DNA of 64,000 nt from the NCBI RefSeq assembly GCF_041956535.1, contig NW_027192194.1, positions 1,282,567 through 1,346,566 on the forward strand, written 5' to 3'. Origin of the DNA: Calcarisporiella thermophila CBS 279.70. Its lineage: Eukaryota; Fungi; Calcarisporiellomycota. The notes below the pieces were generated by a model, which was not told the origin of the DNA, did no database searches, and was given only the letters and a program-made list of their open reading frames with translations. Numbering within the stretch: position 1 is the stretch's first letter; each line of letters starts with the position of its first letter. Of this stretch, positions 13,571 through 25,535 are shown piece by piece. A program made the translations under genes and the position numbers.

Positions 13571-13901
13571 CGTCGCACGGGAAGGGCGACCTTGTCTTAA
13601 TTCTTTTTAATACTTTTTCGTACTATATAGATGTTAGACTCTAATTTAGATCCAACCTAATATTTTCTATTTATTTCATGGTTTAATATACATAATGCCT
13701 AACCTCCCCCACCCCCCCCATTTGGCTGAAGCTGAGCTCAACTTGGAGGAGAGACGGGATGGTCGGCGACACAAGGCGAGGAAAAGCGAATCTCAAGCAA
13801 AGACGAAAAAAAAAACGATAAATAATGGAAATAGGCACACGCAGGATAATGCACAAACGAAAAATAGAAAATCGAAAAAAAAACACCGCTCCATCCCAGA
13901 A

Positions 13902-16061
13902 TTAGCCCCGGGTCAAGTGGTTCGGCGCATTGTGAAACAGACTCTTCCACATGAAGGCCTCGGATAAGAGCAGCTCCACCTCCTTGTCCGTCCAATGCTG
14001 AGTCGGGAGGGCCTGCAAGAACATCATGATCTCCTGGAAATCCATGGAGCGGAGCTGCTCGCTCCACTTCACAAGGAACGCAGCACACACATACAGGTGG
14101 AATACGGAGAACCCGTCGGGGCCCTCGGACAGATAGGCGTCCCACATCCGTATTGTGTGGCGCAATTGGAACTCGCGCATCAGCAAGCAGTTCATCCATC
14201 GGAATGCAAACTGAAGAAACTCGACGCCCTCGGCGTCAAGGTGGGAAGCCAGTGGGACTGAGGATCCGTGATTGAAAGAAAAAGAGATAAAAATCAATAC
14301 ATAGTCGAAGTCCGGAGAACCGTCAACAAGTAAAGGCAAAGAAAATGGAACCAATAAAAAACCAAGGTTCTCAGAGCGGGTCAATGGCAATTGAATTTGT
14401 ACTTACCATCAATCCGGTATATCAAATCCCTGAGCATTACAATCTGGCGCTGAATCCCAGGCTGTGCAAAGGTATAGTTATCTTGAATCCCTCCAAGTAA
14501 TTTGGTTAAGCACCAGAAACTATCGGCCTCCACCACACTTAGCACCTCCCGGGGCAGCTTCGAAGAGTCGCAAGTCTCTGGATTGCCATCTAAATACCCG
14601 ATAGAAGAGGGGACTCCTTGAGTCTTCGCAACGCTTTATAGAGGAAGGATGCCATGTTTCGCTTACCTATATACGAGGACAGAAATACTTGGAAAAAGGG
14701 TGTCACCAAATCGTTGATACCCTGCACATAACCGCTGGCGGGGTGCCGAATGGCCCATACGTACAATATCCGTTCTAGACTCTGCTGTGTGGTGGGGCAC
14801 TGGTACAGAGGGATTCCGGGGTTGGTGCGGGGAACATCAATGCGAATCTACCATAGGCATCGGTAAATTTCTTGCTTGCTTAAGCAAGGTTAGCATGAAA
14901 ACAATACCTGATGCCAAATCGTCTGGTCCAGCCCGGATTGACCTCGTGCAAATGCCTGTGCAACGCTATCCTCATACTCTTTGCGTTTCCGTGCAAGAGT
15001 GGCCGCGCGTCGGTCCGAATTGCAAGGGAGATATCCCTAGGAAAGATGGGGCTTGGTTAGCTTGAACACAAAGGAGGAAGCGAGAGGGGGGGGGGGGATA
15101 GAATCCAGCAGAATGACCTACCAAGAGCAGCTGCCACACCATTGGCCGCATTTTCTCCGGAACCCCATTCCAGCTCAACTTGCGCAATGCTGTCAGGTCC
15201 ACGTTGGGAGCCTGTAGCAAGTCTTGGAATTTGCGTAGACGCGTGCCGCTAGCGCTGAGCCGCACTTGCTCTGCTTCGTCAAGCTCTTCGTCGGGTCGTG
15301 GGGGGAGCCTAAGAAATGCCCTAGAATCACGAAGCGACCCACTTAGTGTCTGATGGCTGGGTACCTCGGGCGCGGCTTCCCCCCGCTTTTCTTCAAGGTC
15401 GGCTTCATCACCCTCTGCTCGCTCCTCAGCTTGCTTACTTTGCGCGGCTTCCCCTTTCGAAGACGGAGCCTCCCTCTCCATTTCGCCCTCAGTCTCCTCA
15501 CTCTCCCGCATCATCCCAGCTATGCGCCTAGCCTCCCTCAACTGCCGTTCGTCCTCCTCAGAGTTCCAAGCCTCCCCCTCGTGTGCATCCGCCATAAACT
15601 CCGAAAAATCCTTGATAGGCGGTGAGATAGAGGTGGCGGTAGAGGTGGATAACGATCGCATAGTCCGTATGGTGAGGGGGATGGGGGTGTACGAGTAAGC
15701 GGCTCCAGACATGGATGGGGCTGTTGCCCCGGATTTTGATGGCACGAGCTTGACACTATGTAATGGATGGACGGGTGAGAGGGATACTCAAATCCTTCGA
15801 ACATGGAGAATGGATATAGTACCTGCCGGGAAGTGTACCAACATGCTTCCGCCAGAAAGGCTGTGCTGGCATTCTGTAGGTTGAATATATAAGAAAGGGA
15901 ATTACAATGCTTTAGCTCAACCTTTGGTCAATGCTCGTTGGTAGCGTTGAAACTTACACAGGAATTTGATCTGATCCAAGAAAAAAGTTATCAATAAGAG
16001 TAAGCAAACGGTATTAGAAAACACGAGAAAAGGGGACTTGAGATTTACCGCTCTCCATCAT
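13902..16061 (-). CDS. GYP1: Rab GTPase-activating protein, TBC domain (Gyp1/TBC1D22)
   Basis: LRKLSWNGVP...RPMVWQLLL, IRIDVPRTNP, RHPASGYVQGINDL and QFAFRWMNCLLMREF. The start (~16061) is inferred from small 5' exons and is less certain. Confidence 0.88.
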
Positions 16062-16883
16062 CCGGCACCAGCGATGAACACAATCACGTATAGAGGATTT
16101 TCCTAGTGCTCTCCAAAGGAAAGAAATGTCAAAGAATGTGGCGCAGACTTCCATTCCCGTGTCAAGTGAAATTCATCTATCTTTAGACATGGTCCTCAAG
16201 CTTTACAGATTTGTCGGATAGAATATTTGGATTAGAATATTATGATTTATGCAAGAGCCATTCTATATATTAGAGGCTTGAAAAGATATAGATGGAGGCT
16301 TTATCTGATTATATTCATAGAAGCTTTGCAAAGGAAGCACGCGGCTAGACTACGATTCGTTTTCTTCGATGCCCTCTAGTTACTAGTCGCATTATATCTT
16401 TAGGAATATCCGGAAGATCCTTTGTTAACACACAGTTCAACATAAATAGGGATACAGGTCTAGTAGTAGATGCAATTACCCTATGCGGGAATGTAAAATT
16501 TTACACCAACAGGGTCGGGTTGATGTTATGAAGGGAAAAGGGGGCTTCTTCTAGGTAAAAATGACGAAATTTTGGGCTATTAGGGTCGTTGAGGTGAGGG
16601 ATTGGCTTCTATCCACCGACAAGTCCTGTTTTCTTTTTGCAGACGGGACCGAGAGAAGGGAGAGAAGGCAGAAATCCAGACAGAAAAGGCCCTTTAAGAG
16701 CGGGATTCATTGATATACGCTTGACATTTTTTCTATTCATTCGAGAAGGAAGAAGACTAAAATATTCTCAATCGTACAAGCTATCCTCCTCCCTCATTTT
16801 TACTAAAAAAAAGGACTTTTTTCTACCCTGTCTTGAATCTTGTTCCGTCAAGGGGACGTCCCCAGGTAAGAAAGACGGGAACT

Positions 16884-18000
16884 CTATTGCTCGCCCGGGT
16901 AAATCAGCTGGTTTTGCCGTCGGATTTCGTCGACACACTCCATAATCGCAAGGGACTCGTCCAGGCTGACGGCGTTGCTCTCCACGGCACCTCGTGCCAA
17001 GCATTCAGCCACATGGTCCGCCTCGAAGTGCATGCCGAAGCCTGGGAAGGGGAATTCGGCGGCGGAGCGCTTGCCATCATGCGTCTGAATGCTGTAGCCT
17101 CCTACTTGGTAAATGGGCTCCTTAACGACCAACGTGCCTTTGGTTCCCGAGATGACCACCCCCAAGCCGGTGTTGCAGGTAAAACTGCATGAGACACTAG
17201 CCAGAGTACGCCCGAATTGCAGGAGGATGGCGGCGGTCTCGTCGACACCCGTGACTTCAGACTTGACGACGGCACTAGAAACCTTGGGTTTTGTGCTTTG
17301 GTTGCGTTTGTAGAGCAACATGAACACCCATGCGAGGGGGTACACCCCAACATCTAGCCAAGCGTGGAAAATTAGGCGAATGAAATTCCACAGACCGAGC
17401 ATCCCATGCTCGGACAAGAAACACAAAGTGCTTACCGAGGAGCGCGCCACCTCCCAAAGCCGGATCGAGTAGCCGGTGCTGTGGCGTGAGGAGCTCTGCC
17501 GGGAAATATTCTCCAAAGTCGGCGCGGATATGCTGAATCTCCCCCAGAGTCCCGTCTTCAATCACCTTCCTGATCTCAATGGCGCCCGGGAAGCATCTCG
17601 TCCACATTCCTTCCATGAGGAAGAGCCCCTTCTCTCTGGCTAGCTCTATCAGATCCTTGAGCTGGAGGGCATTAATTGTGATGGGCTTCTCGCAGAGCAC
17701 ATGCTTGCCATTCTCTAGGCACAGACGCACATGGGCATGGTGGAATGTATGAGGGGTAGCGACGTAGACGACCTGCACGTTGGGATCGCGGACAAGTTCC
17801 TCGTAGCTCCCGTAGCAAGCAGGCGGTGTAGCAAGGGCGAATTGCGCCGCAAACTGTTGAGCCTTGGAGAGGTCGCGCGCCGCCACGCCCTGCACAGTGT
17901 GCGAGATGGATGGGTTTGCGCGGAGGATGAGATCGTTGACGAATTTTTTGGCGATGTTTCCTGCTCCCAGGATACCCCACCTGCATTCCAGAGATGCCAT
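16884..18000 (-). CDS. Gfo/Idh/MocA oxidoreductase (dihydrodiol / D-xylose dehydrogenase-like), one intron
   Basis: RWGILGAGNIA, VYVATPH, KHVLCEKP, LMEGMWTRCFP and GGGALL|DVGVYP. Confidence 0.9.
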
Positions 18001-18392
18001 GTCGAGCGTGTGGTGAATTGGATCGTCGAAGGGTGAAGAAACAAACGTCGGGAAACGTCACTGGGTAATCTTTTAGATTACAAAGCGTGGGAGGAGATGA
18101 CTTCGAGCGACAGATGGTCATCCACGTTACACATGCACAAGCACAGTAGCTCGAGAGAGTTGGGGGAACGAGGCCCGGTGCAGGAGACCAAATGACTCAG
18201 TCGAATCGGAAAATTTGAGCGCAGCCTGCTATATAACTTAAACGTTGCTTGCTGCCCTTCTTTTTCGTAGCTTGTTCTTTTTCTCTTTCCGAGGAACAAC
18301 TTCGAATTAAGGTAATCCCCGGGGACCCTTTCCCCCTCCCACTTTCGCCATCCTCCCCATTGACCCATCTCCATCTCCATCTCCATAGCACT

Positions 18393-19564
18393 ATGACCTC
18401 CTCTTCCGACCTCAAAACCCTGCACCAGAAGCTCGAAGAAGACGGCTACGTCGTCATTGACGGCTTAGTGCCTCCCGAGCTCCTCCAGCCTCTGCGTGAT
18501 GCGTGTGAGCGTGCCGTCACTAAGGCTCGCAATGATGAGTGGAAGCACAGGTCCATTGAGCTCTTACAATAGGACGCTTGTTTTTGCATTCGACTAACGG
18601 TCTGTTTCCATTCATTAGGCGTTTGGTCGGGGTCCAGTTCCCCCCGTGGCCTGAAGAGGGGCCTGACGTGTGGGGTGTCCAGCATATCATGTAATGGGTC
18701 TTTTGTGCTTTTGCTTGCTTCCTCTACCGCACTTATGTCCTAGCGCTTACTGTTTGCAATTTCAACAGGAACCCCGAACTCGGAGAACCAATCTTTGCCC
18801 AGTGGTATAGCTCGGAGAAACTTATCGAGGTGGTGCGCGAAATCCTTGGTGTGAAGGAGGAGGAGATCCAGCTCGGTGGGTATCCCGTCTTCGCCCTCTC
18901 CCCTGGCCGAGCCGGGTGGGATGAGCTGGCATGACTTAACTTTTTGTTCCCTCTAGAGCTGTTCAACCTGCTCATCAACCCTGCCCAGACCGACTACCAG
19001 ATCACCTGGCATCGTGACGCCATCGTTCCCGAGGTATCGGAGGAGGAAGAGAAGGAGAAATTGAAGATTCCGCACTACGGATGCCAGTGGAACACGGCCC
19101 TGTATGGTAAGTATCATTCCCCTCCTCCCCCCATTCTCCAGTGACAGACGCTGACTTGGGCTGCTATTTCGACAGACGACCCATCCCTCATTGTTGTACC
19201 TCGTTCCCACAACCGCATTCGCACCCCGGAAGAGCGTCGCGTGACTCTCGAAGACCCCAATGGCCCCATGCCTGGCCAAATCAACGTCGAACTTAAGGCA
19301 GGGCAAACCGTCTTCTACAACAACAACATTCTGCACCGTGCGGTCTACAGCAAGGACCGCAAGCGCGCGACTCTCCACGGGTGCATGGGATGTGTTTCTG
19401 GGGGCTCACACCGCGCTCAGAACATTTTGCAGCACGGTCTGGCTTGGATGAGGTCGGAGGAGTTCCGAAACTCGCTTCCTGAGAGGATGCACGAGAAACT
19501 GGACAATCTCATTCGACTTGCGGATCAGCACACGGATGTAGGCTACTCCCACCCCCGGGCCTAA
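18393..19564 (+). CDS. Phytanoyl-CoA dioxygenase (PhyH)-family Fe(II)/2-oxoglutarate oxygenase
   Basis: EEDGYVVIDG, LELFNLLINP, WHRD (HxD), QWNTALY, VVPRSH and NILHR...RATLHG (distal His and Arg). Multi-exon. Confidence 0.87.
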
Positions 19565-19846
19565 ACTCGGGAAAAGCGCTCTCTAATTTTCTATGTGTAT
19601 AACCCAAATTTGATTTTATGTTGTTTATTTAAAACCGTATACTACTGCTGTAAACCCATTCCCTTAGTCATGTTACGATGTATGCAAGGCGGATTTTAAA
19701 GAAAGTTCCTGGCGAGAAAGTGTAAGAGATCAAAGTACATTGACTTTGGGCTTGAAACAGTGGGGGCAAATAAATCCAAAACCAGGGAATATACAACAGC
19801 CGAAAATTAATCAATCAACTACTCCAGCTTGCCGAACACCAGGGGC

Positions 19847-20914
19847 TTAAGTTATGCGATCATAGCTCTCGTGCTGCACATGAGTTTGCAGGTAGGATTG
19901 CTGCTTAGCCTCATCCCATCGCCCAAGCAGGGTTTCGCCCGGCGTTCGTCGAGGGCTGGGGTACGGCTCGTCGAGCTCAAGCTTATCCCCTCCTTTATAT
20001 CCGTCTTCACCGTCATACCCCTCGGTCGAGCTCTTTTCGAAAGGCCACCAAGGCACGGTCTCCATGGCGCGACGAAACGCCGGATTCAGGGTGAACACCA
20101 CCAAGTTGAGAACTCCTAGCAGGCCCAGGAGGACGGCGTCGATCTCGACGAGGATCTTGAGAGCGGGCAAATTGGAATCGCTGGTAATGATGAAGAGCCA
20201 GTCCAGGATAATACCAGTAGGCTGTGTAATGATAAGGACGACGGGGTAAAGCAAGATGCGCAAAACGGAGGCGATCAGGCGTCGCTCCCTCCTACGGACG
20301 TTCTCGGGCACCCCCTCACTTCTCAGCCGTTGCGTTTCTCTCCGTACGCGAATCAGAATCAACAGGACGACCAAGATAGAATAGAGGATGGCAAGGGCGC
20401 TCCACAAGGTCACGCCAAAGAACATGGTGAGAATGGAGGTGCGACGTTCCCAGCCCGGCACGATGGTTTCCCACTTCTGGACATAGTCGACCCTGCTCTC
20501 GGCCAGCCAGGGGGTATTGACACAAAACGCAATCAGGAATGAGATGGGTGTGTACCACCGCTGAATCTTCTTCATGTTGTTGCGATTATGGATAAATGAG
20601 AGCTGCAGATCAAGGGCAATGCACATGATTATCAAGGAGCACCACACCCTCAGGAATACACGAGCAAAGGCAAGGAGTCGAACAAACCAGTGGTGCTGAT
20701 TGGCTAGAGGGAACATGATCTCATTTGAGTATTCAAGGATGTACTCTATACGCCAGAGAAAATCAATAAAGCCGATCCAGAATGAGAGCGTGAATGAGAT
20801 TGTATTGGCAATGTTTGGAAGCGTAAAGCGGAAGTAGGCCACCGTGAACATCATCACTAGCCCGCTGAATGCTGAAATGGCATTGAGAACAACATGAGGC
20901 ATTGAAATGAGCAT
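19847..20914 (-). CDS. Intronless 7-TM GPCR-like receptor (cAMP-receptor/Git3-like superfamily), paralogue A
   Basis: Seven hydrophobic segments with SFTLSFWIGFID, CIALDLQLSF, RILLYPVVLIITQ and LNLVVFTLNP. The ATG at 20914 aligns with the start of paralogue B. Confidence 0.8.
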   Translation of the reverse strand: MLISMPHVVLNAISAFSGLVMMFTVAYFRFTLPNIANTISFTLSFWIGFIDFLWRIEYILEYSNEIMFPLANQHHWFVRLLAFARVFLRVWCSLIIMCIALDLQLSFIHNRNNMKKIQRWYTPISFLIAFCVNTPWLAESRVDYVQKWETIVPGWERRTSILTMFFGVTLWSALAILYSILVVLLILIRVRRETQRLRSEGVPENVRRRERRLIASVLRILLYPVVLIITQPTGIILDWLFIITSDSNLPALKILVEIDAVLLGLLGVLNLVVFTLNPAFRRAMETVPWWPFEKSSTEGYDGEDGYKGGDKLELDEPYPSPRRTPGETLLGRWDEAKQQSYLQTHVQHESYDRIT

Positions 20915-21676
20915 GATGCATTCCCTCCGGTAGGCTAGGGCTGAGTGCAGGTGGACAATTGCGAGGAATGAACAGAAGAGCACGAGGAAACCAGCTGCGG
21001 CCCAGTGACTTCTCCTAATGGACTTCTCTGGCTGCTTCGCAATTCTAGGCGACAAACAGCTCCCCTAACTCTGACGACAAGGTTCATCTAGGAATAGATC
21101 AAACTCTATCTCGCTCCAAATTTAATACTCTCTTATACGAAATTGAATTTTGAGATAGACTTCCGAATTTGGAAACTCAGCATCTTGCATTCATTCGTTG
21201 CATTTCACTATTGCAAATTTCAGAGAACGAACTCCTGTTCGAATACGAGAGGCCCGGCGGAAGGTTTAACCTCAGCTGGCTAGACATTCACAGCGATGCC
21301 AGGTGATAGAGGAGGAGTCCTAATAAAAAATGGGCGTCTTGACCCTGAGCGTGAGCCTAGCTGAACAGCTTGCTCTGGCACAACGGCCTTGCCATTAAGA
21401 CAACAGTAGAGAGGGACACGTTCCTTCGCGATAATAACAAGAGAGGGAGATGAAGCATTTCCTTTCGAAATCCCGGGAACATCGGAGGACACGTTTCTCC
21501 CAGAGCGAACACGAATAATCTTTATTTGGCTTCATCGAAAGCTATTAAATAAAAATGATTGACTATCTATCCAAGCTTCATCGGGATCATCAGCGGTTGC
21601 TCAGTTGGAGGATATGGTTTGATGACAGTAGGGATACAAAACTTTGGTCAGGTAATTGGGCGGAGCTCATTTCGAA

Positions 21677-22528
21677 TTATTTGCGAGTGATGATATCGAT
21701 GGTCTTGGTGTGATCATACGGAGGAGTAGACTCGGTGAACAACGAATCGACGCAATGGCTGTGGAGGATCTCCTGATCATTCTTAGTGCGGAGGTCGTGA
21801 ATTTCCAGAACCCAGCCAGAAACACGACAAAAGTAGAGGTTGATTGTATTGGATGGATCACGGGTGACGTGCCAGGCAATCGAGTAAGTGGACCGGTCAT
21901 CCTCATTAAAGTGCTCCAAGAAACGATTCAAGATATCACCGAACTATCCTCGGGGGAGGGGGGGGAGGAGGAGGATTATTGGGTGCATTAGACTTTCATT
22001 TGACAATCATATCACTATTATCGCCGGGCTTGATACTTACGGCCATAAATTTCCTTATTACACGTCTCCTTGTTAGATAGACCAAACAAGCAATGATTGG
22101 GACCCAGAGAAAAGGCACCAGAATAAATATGATCTGCCACTCATAGTGATAACGAAACTCCCAAGGAGAGATGATGGCGATGAGGAGGAAAGTAACAAAA
22201 TAAATGGCGAAACTAGCAATGTTAAGCAGCATGAAGACCGTGTAGGGGCAGAGGACAGGAAGTTTGTCGGCAGTGAAAAGCTCGATGATTTCGATGCGTC
22301 GCTCGAATATTTCTTGTGGAAGCTAAGGGTGGGGAGACAAGGGGGAACATCATCAAGGTTAGCCGCCTCCTCTTTCGGATTAAAATAGGCCGCGAAAGGA
22401 TGCATTACCAGCTTGGGGAGCTGAGAATAATACGGGAGTACCACTTTGAACCGGTACCTCATGGAAAAGAGGTTTGGTTTGGCCAGAGGGAAGAGGGCCA
22501 ATACTTTGTGGTTCTCCAAAGTTTCCAT
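21677..22528 (-). CDS. Two-TM protein with C-terminal PPY motif (possibly Erf4/Golgin-A7-like), paralogue 1, three exons
   Basis: Spliced METLENHKVLALFPL...PKL|LPQEIFERRIEII...(2 TM)...RKFMA|FGDILNRFLEHF...WVLEIHDLR...STPPYD, colinear with the gene at 24172-24972. The family call is inference. Confidence 0.65.
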
Positions 22529-24171
22529 TGTATTATAACTGAATGACTCGTCACCGAAAGGTCTCATTTGCGATATGGCTACCATCAGCGAAATCGTGTT
22601 TATATAATTCAAGGTCGCTTTTTGGTTATGGATATTTTTCTTGGCCAAAGCTGTTTATGAACTTTGTCGAGCAGACTAGCATAACTACGGCCTGTCTCTC
22701 TCTCTCCCAATTATACCCATCTCCATCCTTTTTTTGTGCACCTCGACCTTATTCCTCCCCCTCTTTTTCTCAAACCTCATTGCAATTGAACTGCTTGGGA
22801 TCTAACCCGAGGGAGGCTAGGTTGGCGAATCAAAAGCAGCCAAAACAATAGGATGCAACACCGGCACGCAGTAGATAAATTGGGATAAAGTCGACCCCGT
22901 TGGGCTCCCATTCAACCACGTTTCAAGGGAGTACAGACGGCTTATAAAAGCCTCCTTATGCTAATCCTGTAGGATTTTTGACCTCCGATGTCCAAGGTCC
23001 ATTCCACTGAATCCTGGAGGCCATCAGTGTACCGATTGCTCTAGCCTTTTTGATGGGCAACCTGCAGCGTCATATTTGAGCTTGGAAGAGAGGGATACCG
23101 CGGTCCTAATATGCTTAAAGTTGGCGCCCTTTGGATACCGGTTGGCCTGTTTTTGTTTCCAAAGAGAGAGGAAATTTGCCATCTGCTCCAAAAGACGTTC
23201 ATTAACAGGCAGGTTTCATATACTATATAGATGTTCACTTGGAGAACAATATTTATTTCATATGGGAAACCACGAGTTGGACCCCACTTCCATTGCATCT
23301 GTATATTAATTCTTTTCGAATCGATCAACATTGATGTAATTGGGTTTGTTGTATTGAAAACCATTATAGAAAAAGTGAGGCGTACTCGTAAAGGAATTTC
23401 AAGTAGAGGACGGAAAGCTTAAATTGAGCCAAGTAGATTCCACAAACCTAAGTCTGCGGTGGAGCGCGACCGTGTTTGCAAAGTATTATCAAGAACGAAT
23501 TCTATACTTACATCTCTTATCTCAGCATTCCCTGGTTAGCGGTAAACTCACAATAAAACTGGGACACATAGGCGATAATAGATTATCATCATGCAACACA
23601 GATAGAAGGCCCTGCACAAAATATAGCCACAGCTAAGGAGAAAGGGGAGGTATAGTAGAAGTAGTACAAGGCTTCTGGACCTATTTTTATATTTCAAATC
23701 TCTAGTGGACACGTTGAAATTTTATTGCTAGGATTTCAACACCGATAGAAGCTTCTGAACTCGTGATGATGCTCGGAGGGAATTACTGTTTTGAGGAACG
23801 CTAAGCATTACATAGAGGTAGACGACCTGATACGGCAATAGAGCACAGAAGCTATTAATAAAAGAGATACCGAAGCCTGAAGATACAATCTGAAGACCTA
23901 ATGAACATACTCCGAAAAAACATTGCTAGTGCATTCCAAATTGTCGTTAACAACAATACTATTCTCGGTTGAGATACTATTGCGTGGACGGAGAACGAAA
24001 ATATATTTTATTAGTTCCTTGGATGGCTTAATATGGCAATGGAGTTTATTGAAGACTTAAAAAAAATTATACAGAATGCATCGCCAGACGATGGCCTTGA
24101 AAAACAAAAAGTCGATCTTGACTTCAAGCGATTAATAAAATACCTTCTGTTCAAAATTAAATACACTGGTG

Positions 24172-24972
24172 CTAGAATCGATCTTTAGGTACAATTTTAA
24201 TGAGCGGTAACTCTTCATACGGCGGGGCCGATTCCACGGACACTTCTTCGGGTTCGGTTTGGGGTTCAACTCCATAACGAAGGTCATGCACCTCAATGAC
24301 CCAGCGGGGTAGCCGACGCAAAAAGAGACGAACTGGCCTTTGATCATCCCGAACCACTCTCCAGGAGGTCATATATTTTGCACCGTCTTCTTTCGTGAAA
24401 TGGTTCAAAAGGTCGGCAAGAGCGTCTCCGAACTGATGTGGATACAAAAGTAAAAATATAAATAAGAGGGTGATCTTTCGGTCTTTTAAACCATTATTTC
24501 TTATTACCGTAAGATATTTCTTGGCTGCTAGGCCTCCTAAATATACAAATGCTCCAATGAACAGCGTGGACCACGCCACTAAAGACAGGAAAACGTTAAG
24601 GAGATACCAGGACTGATTATGCCACTGTGATTGTTCTAATCTAACAATGCCAGTGTAGAGGATATGCAATAAATAAGAGGCGATGATGAGGAAGAGGACT
24701 GAGGCATAGTATGGAAAAAAGGAGAGCTTGGCTTCTATCAAGTGCCCTATTAGTTTCATACGCAGTTCAAAGTCTTCTTGCGATACCTGTCATTGAATAG
24801 ATTAATTAAAGCAATGTAAAGGGAGGCGTTAAGACAAGATGAGTGTCTCAGACTCGCTGTTCGTACTTACGATTCTAAAGAGTGGGCATAAAGCCAAATC
24901 GAACTTTATTTCGGTCGAGAATATCGACGGCTGAAGGAGTGGAAATCTTGCTAGGACACCTGGCTGTCGCAT
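24172..24972 (-). CDS. Two-TM protein with C-terminal PPY motif, paralogue 2, three exons
   Basis: MRQPGVLARFPLLQPSIFS...RI|VSQEDFELRMKLI...(2 TM)...KKYLT|FGDALADLLNHF...WVIEVHDLR...SAPPYEELP, with the same intron positions as paralogue 1. Confidence 0.68.
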
Positions 24973-25535
24973 TATTTCATTCAAGGAGCAGGAGGTAAAA
25001 GTAGAAAAAAAATAAATAGAGAAAGTAATTGAAGGGGGAAGAGGCTTTGATAATTATATTTTATATCGCTCGGAGAGCAGACCGAACTCCTGCTTGAGTT
25101 CATAATCAAGGTTATGGAAATTTTTCTTGTCTGTGTTTAGATTCCATTTTGTAGGACGAGCGCAATTTTGCCGTCTAACTTACTACCAAGCAAATTAATT
25201 CATACCAACCAACACTCTCGGAAAGTGGGTGGGGTAGGGATCTATTGTTCAAAGCATCCACCTTTCTCAACCGCCCTTTGCATTGAGCCATTTTGTATGT
25301 GATGTCTACCTGTTCTATTTTAGAAACGTGATGGAAAAGAAATAATCCCACAGTTGTGAAAGATCAATCATCTATTGTTCAAGTAGGATAACTCAGTAGA
25401 GTCCGTGGCAAGGAGAAGAGAAATAAAATAGGTGGAGATATAATAGAGTCCATTGTTTTTTTTTTTCAGTAAAAGTACAAGCGATGTGAAGAAAATAAAG
25501 TGACAAGAAGATAAACGAAGCCGGTGTGAAGTGTG

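Noticed and set aside
12189-19564. Secondary-metabolite cluster (dehydrogenase, oxidoreductase, dioxygenase)
   Set aside because: There is no backbone enzyme (NRPS, PKS or terpene synthase), the genes are widely conserved, and they are interrupted by a Rab GAP.
20915-21055. N-terminal extension of GPCR paralogue A in the ORF track
   Set aside because: It begins at a TTG, and paralogue B starts at the Met equivalent to 20914.
21656-22648. Apparent frameshifted pseudogene
   Set aside because: The frame changes are explained by two canonical GT-AG introns at the same positions as in the paralogue.
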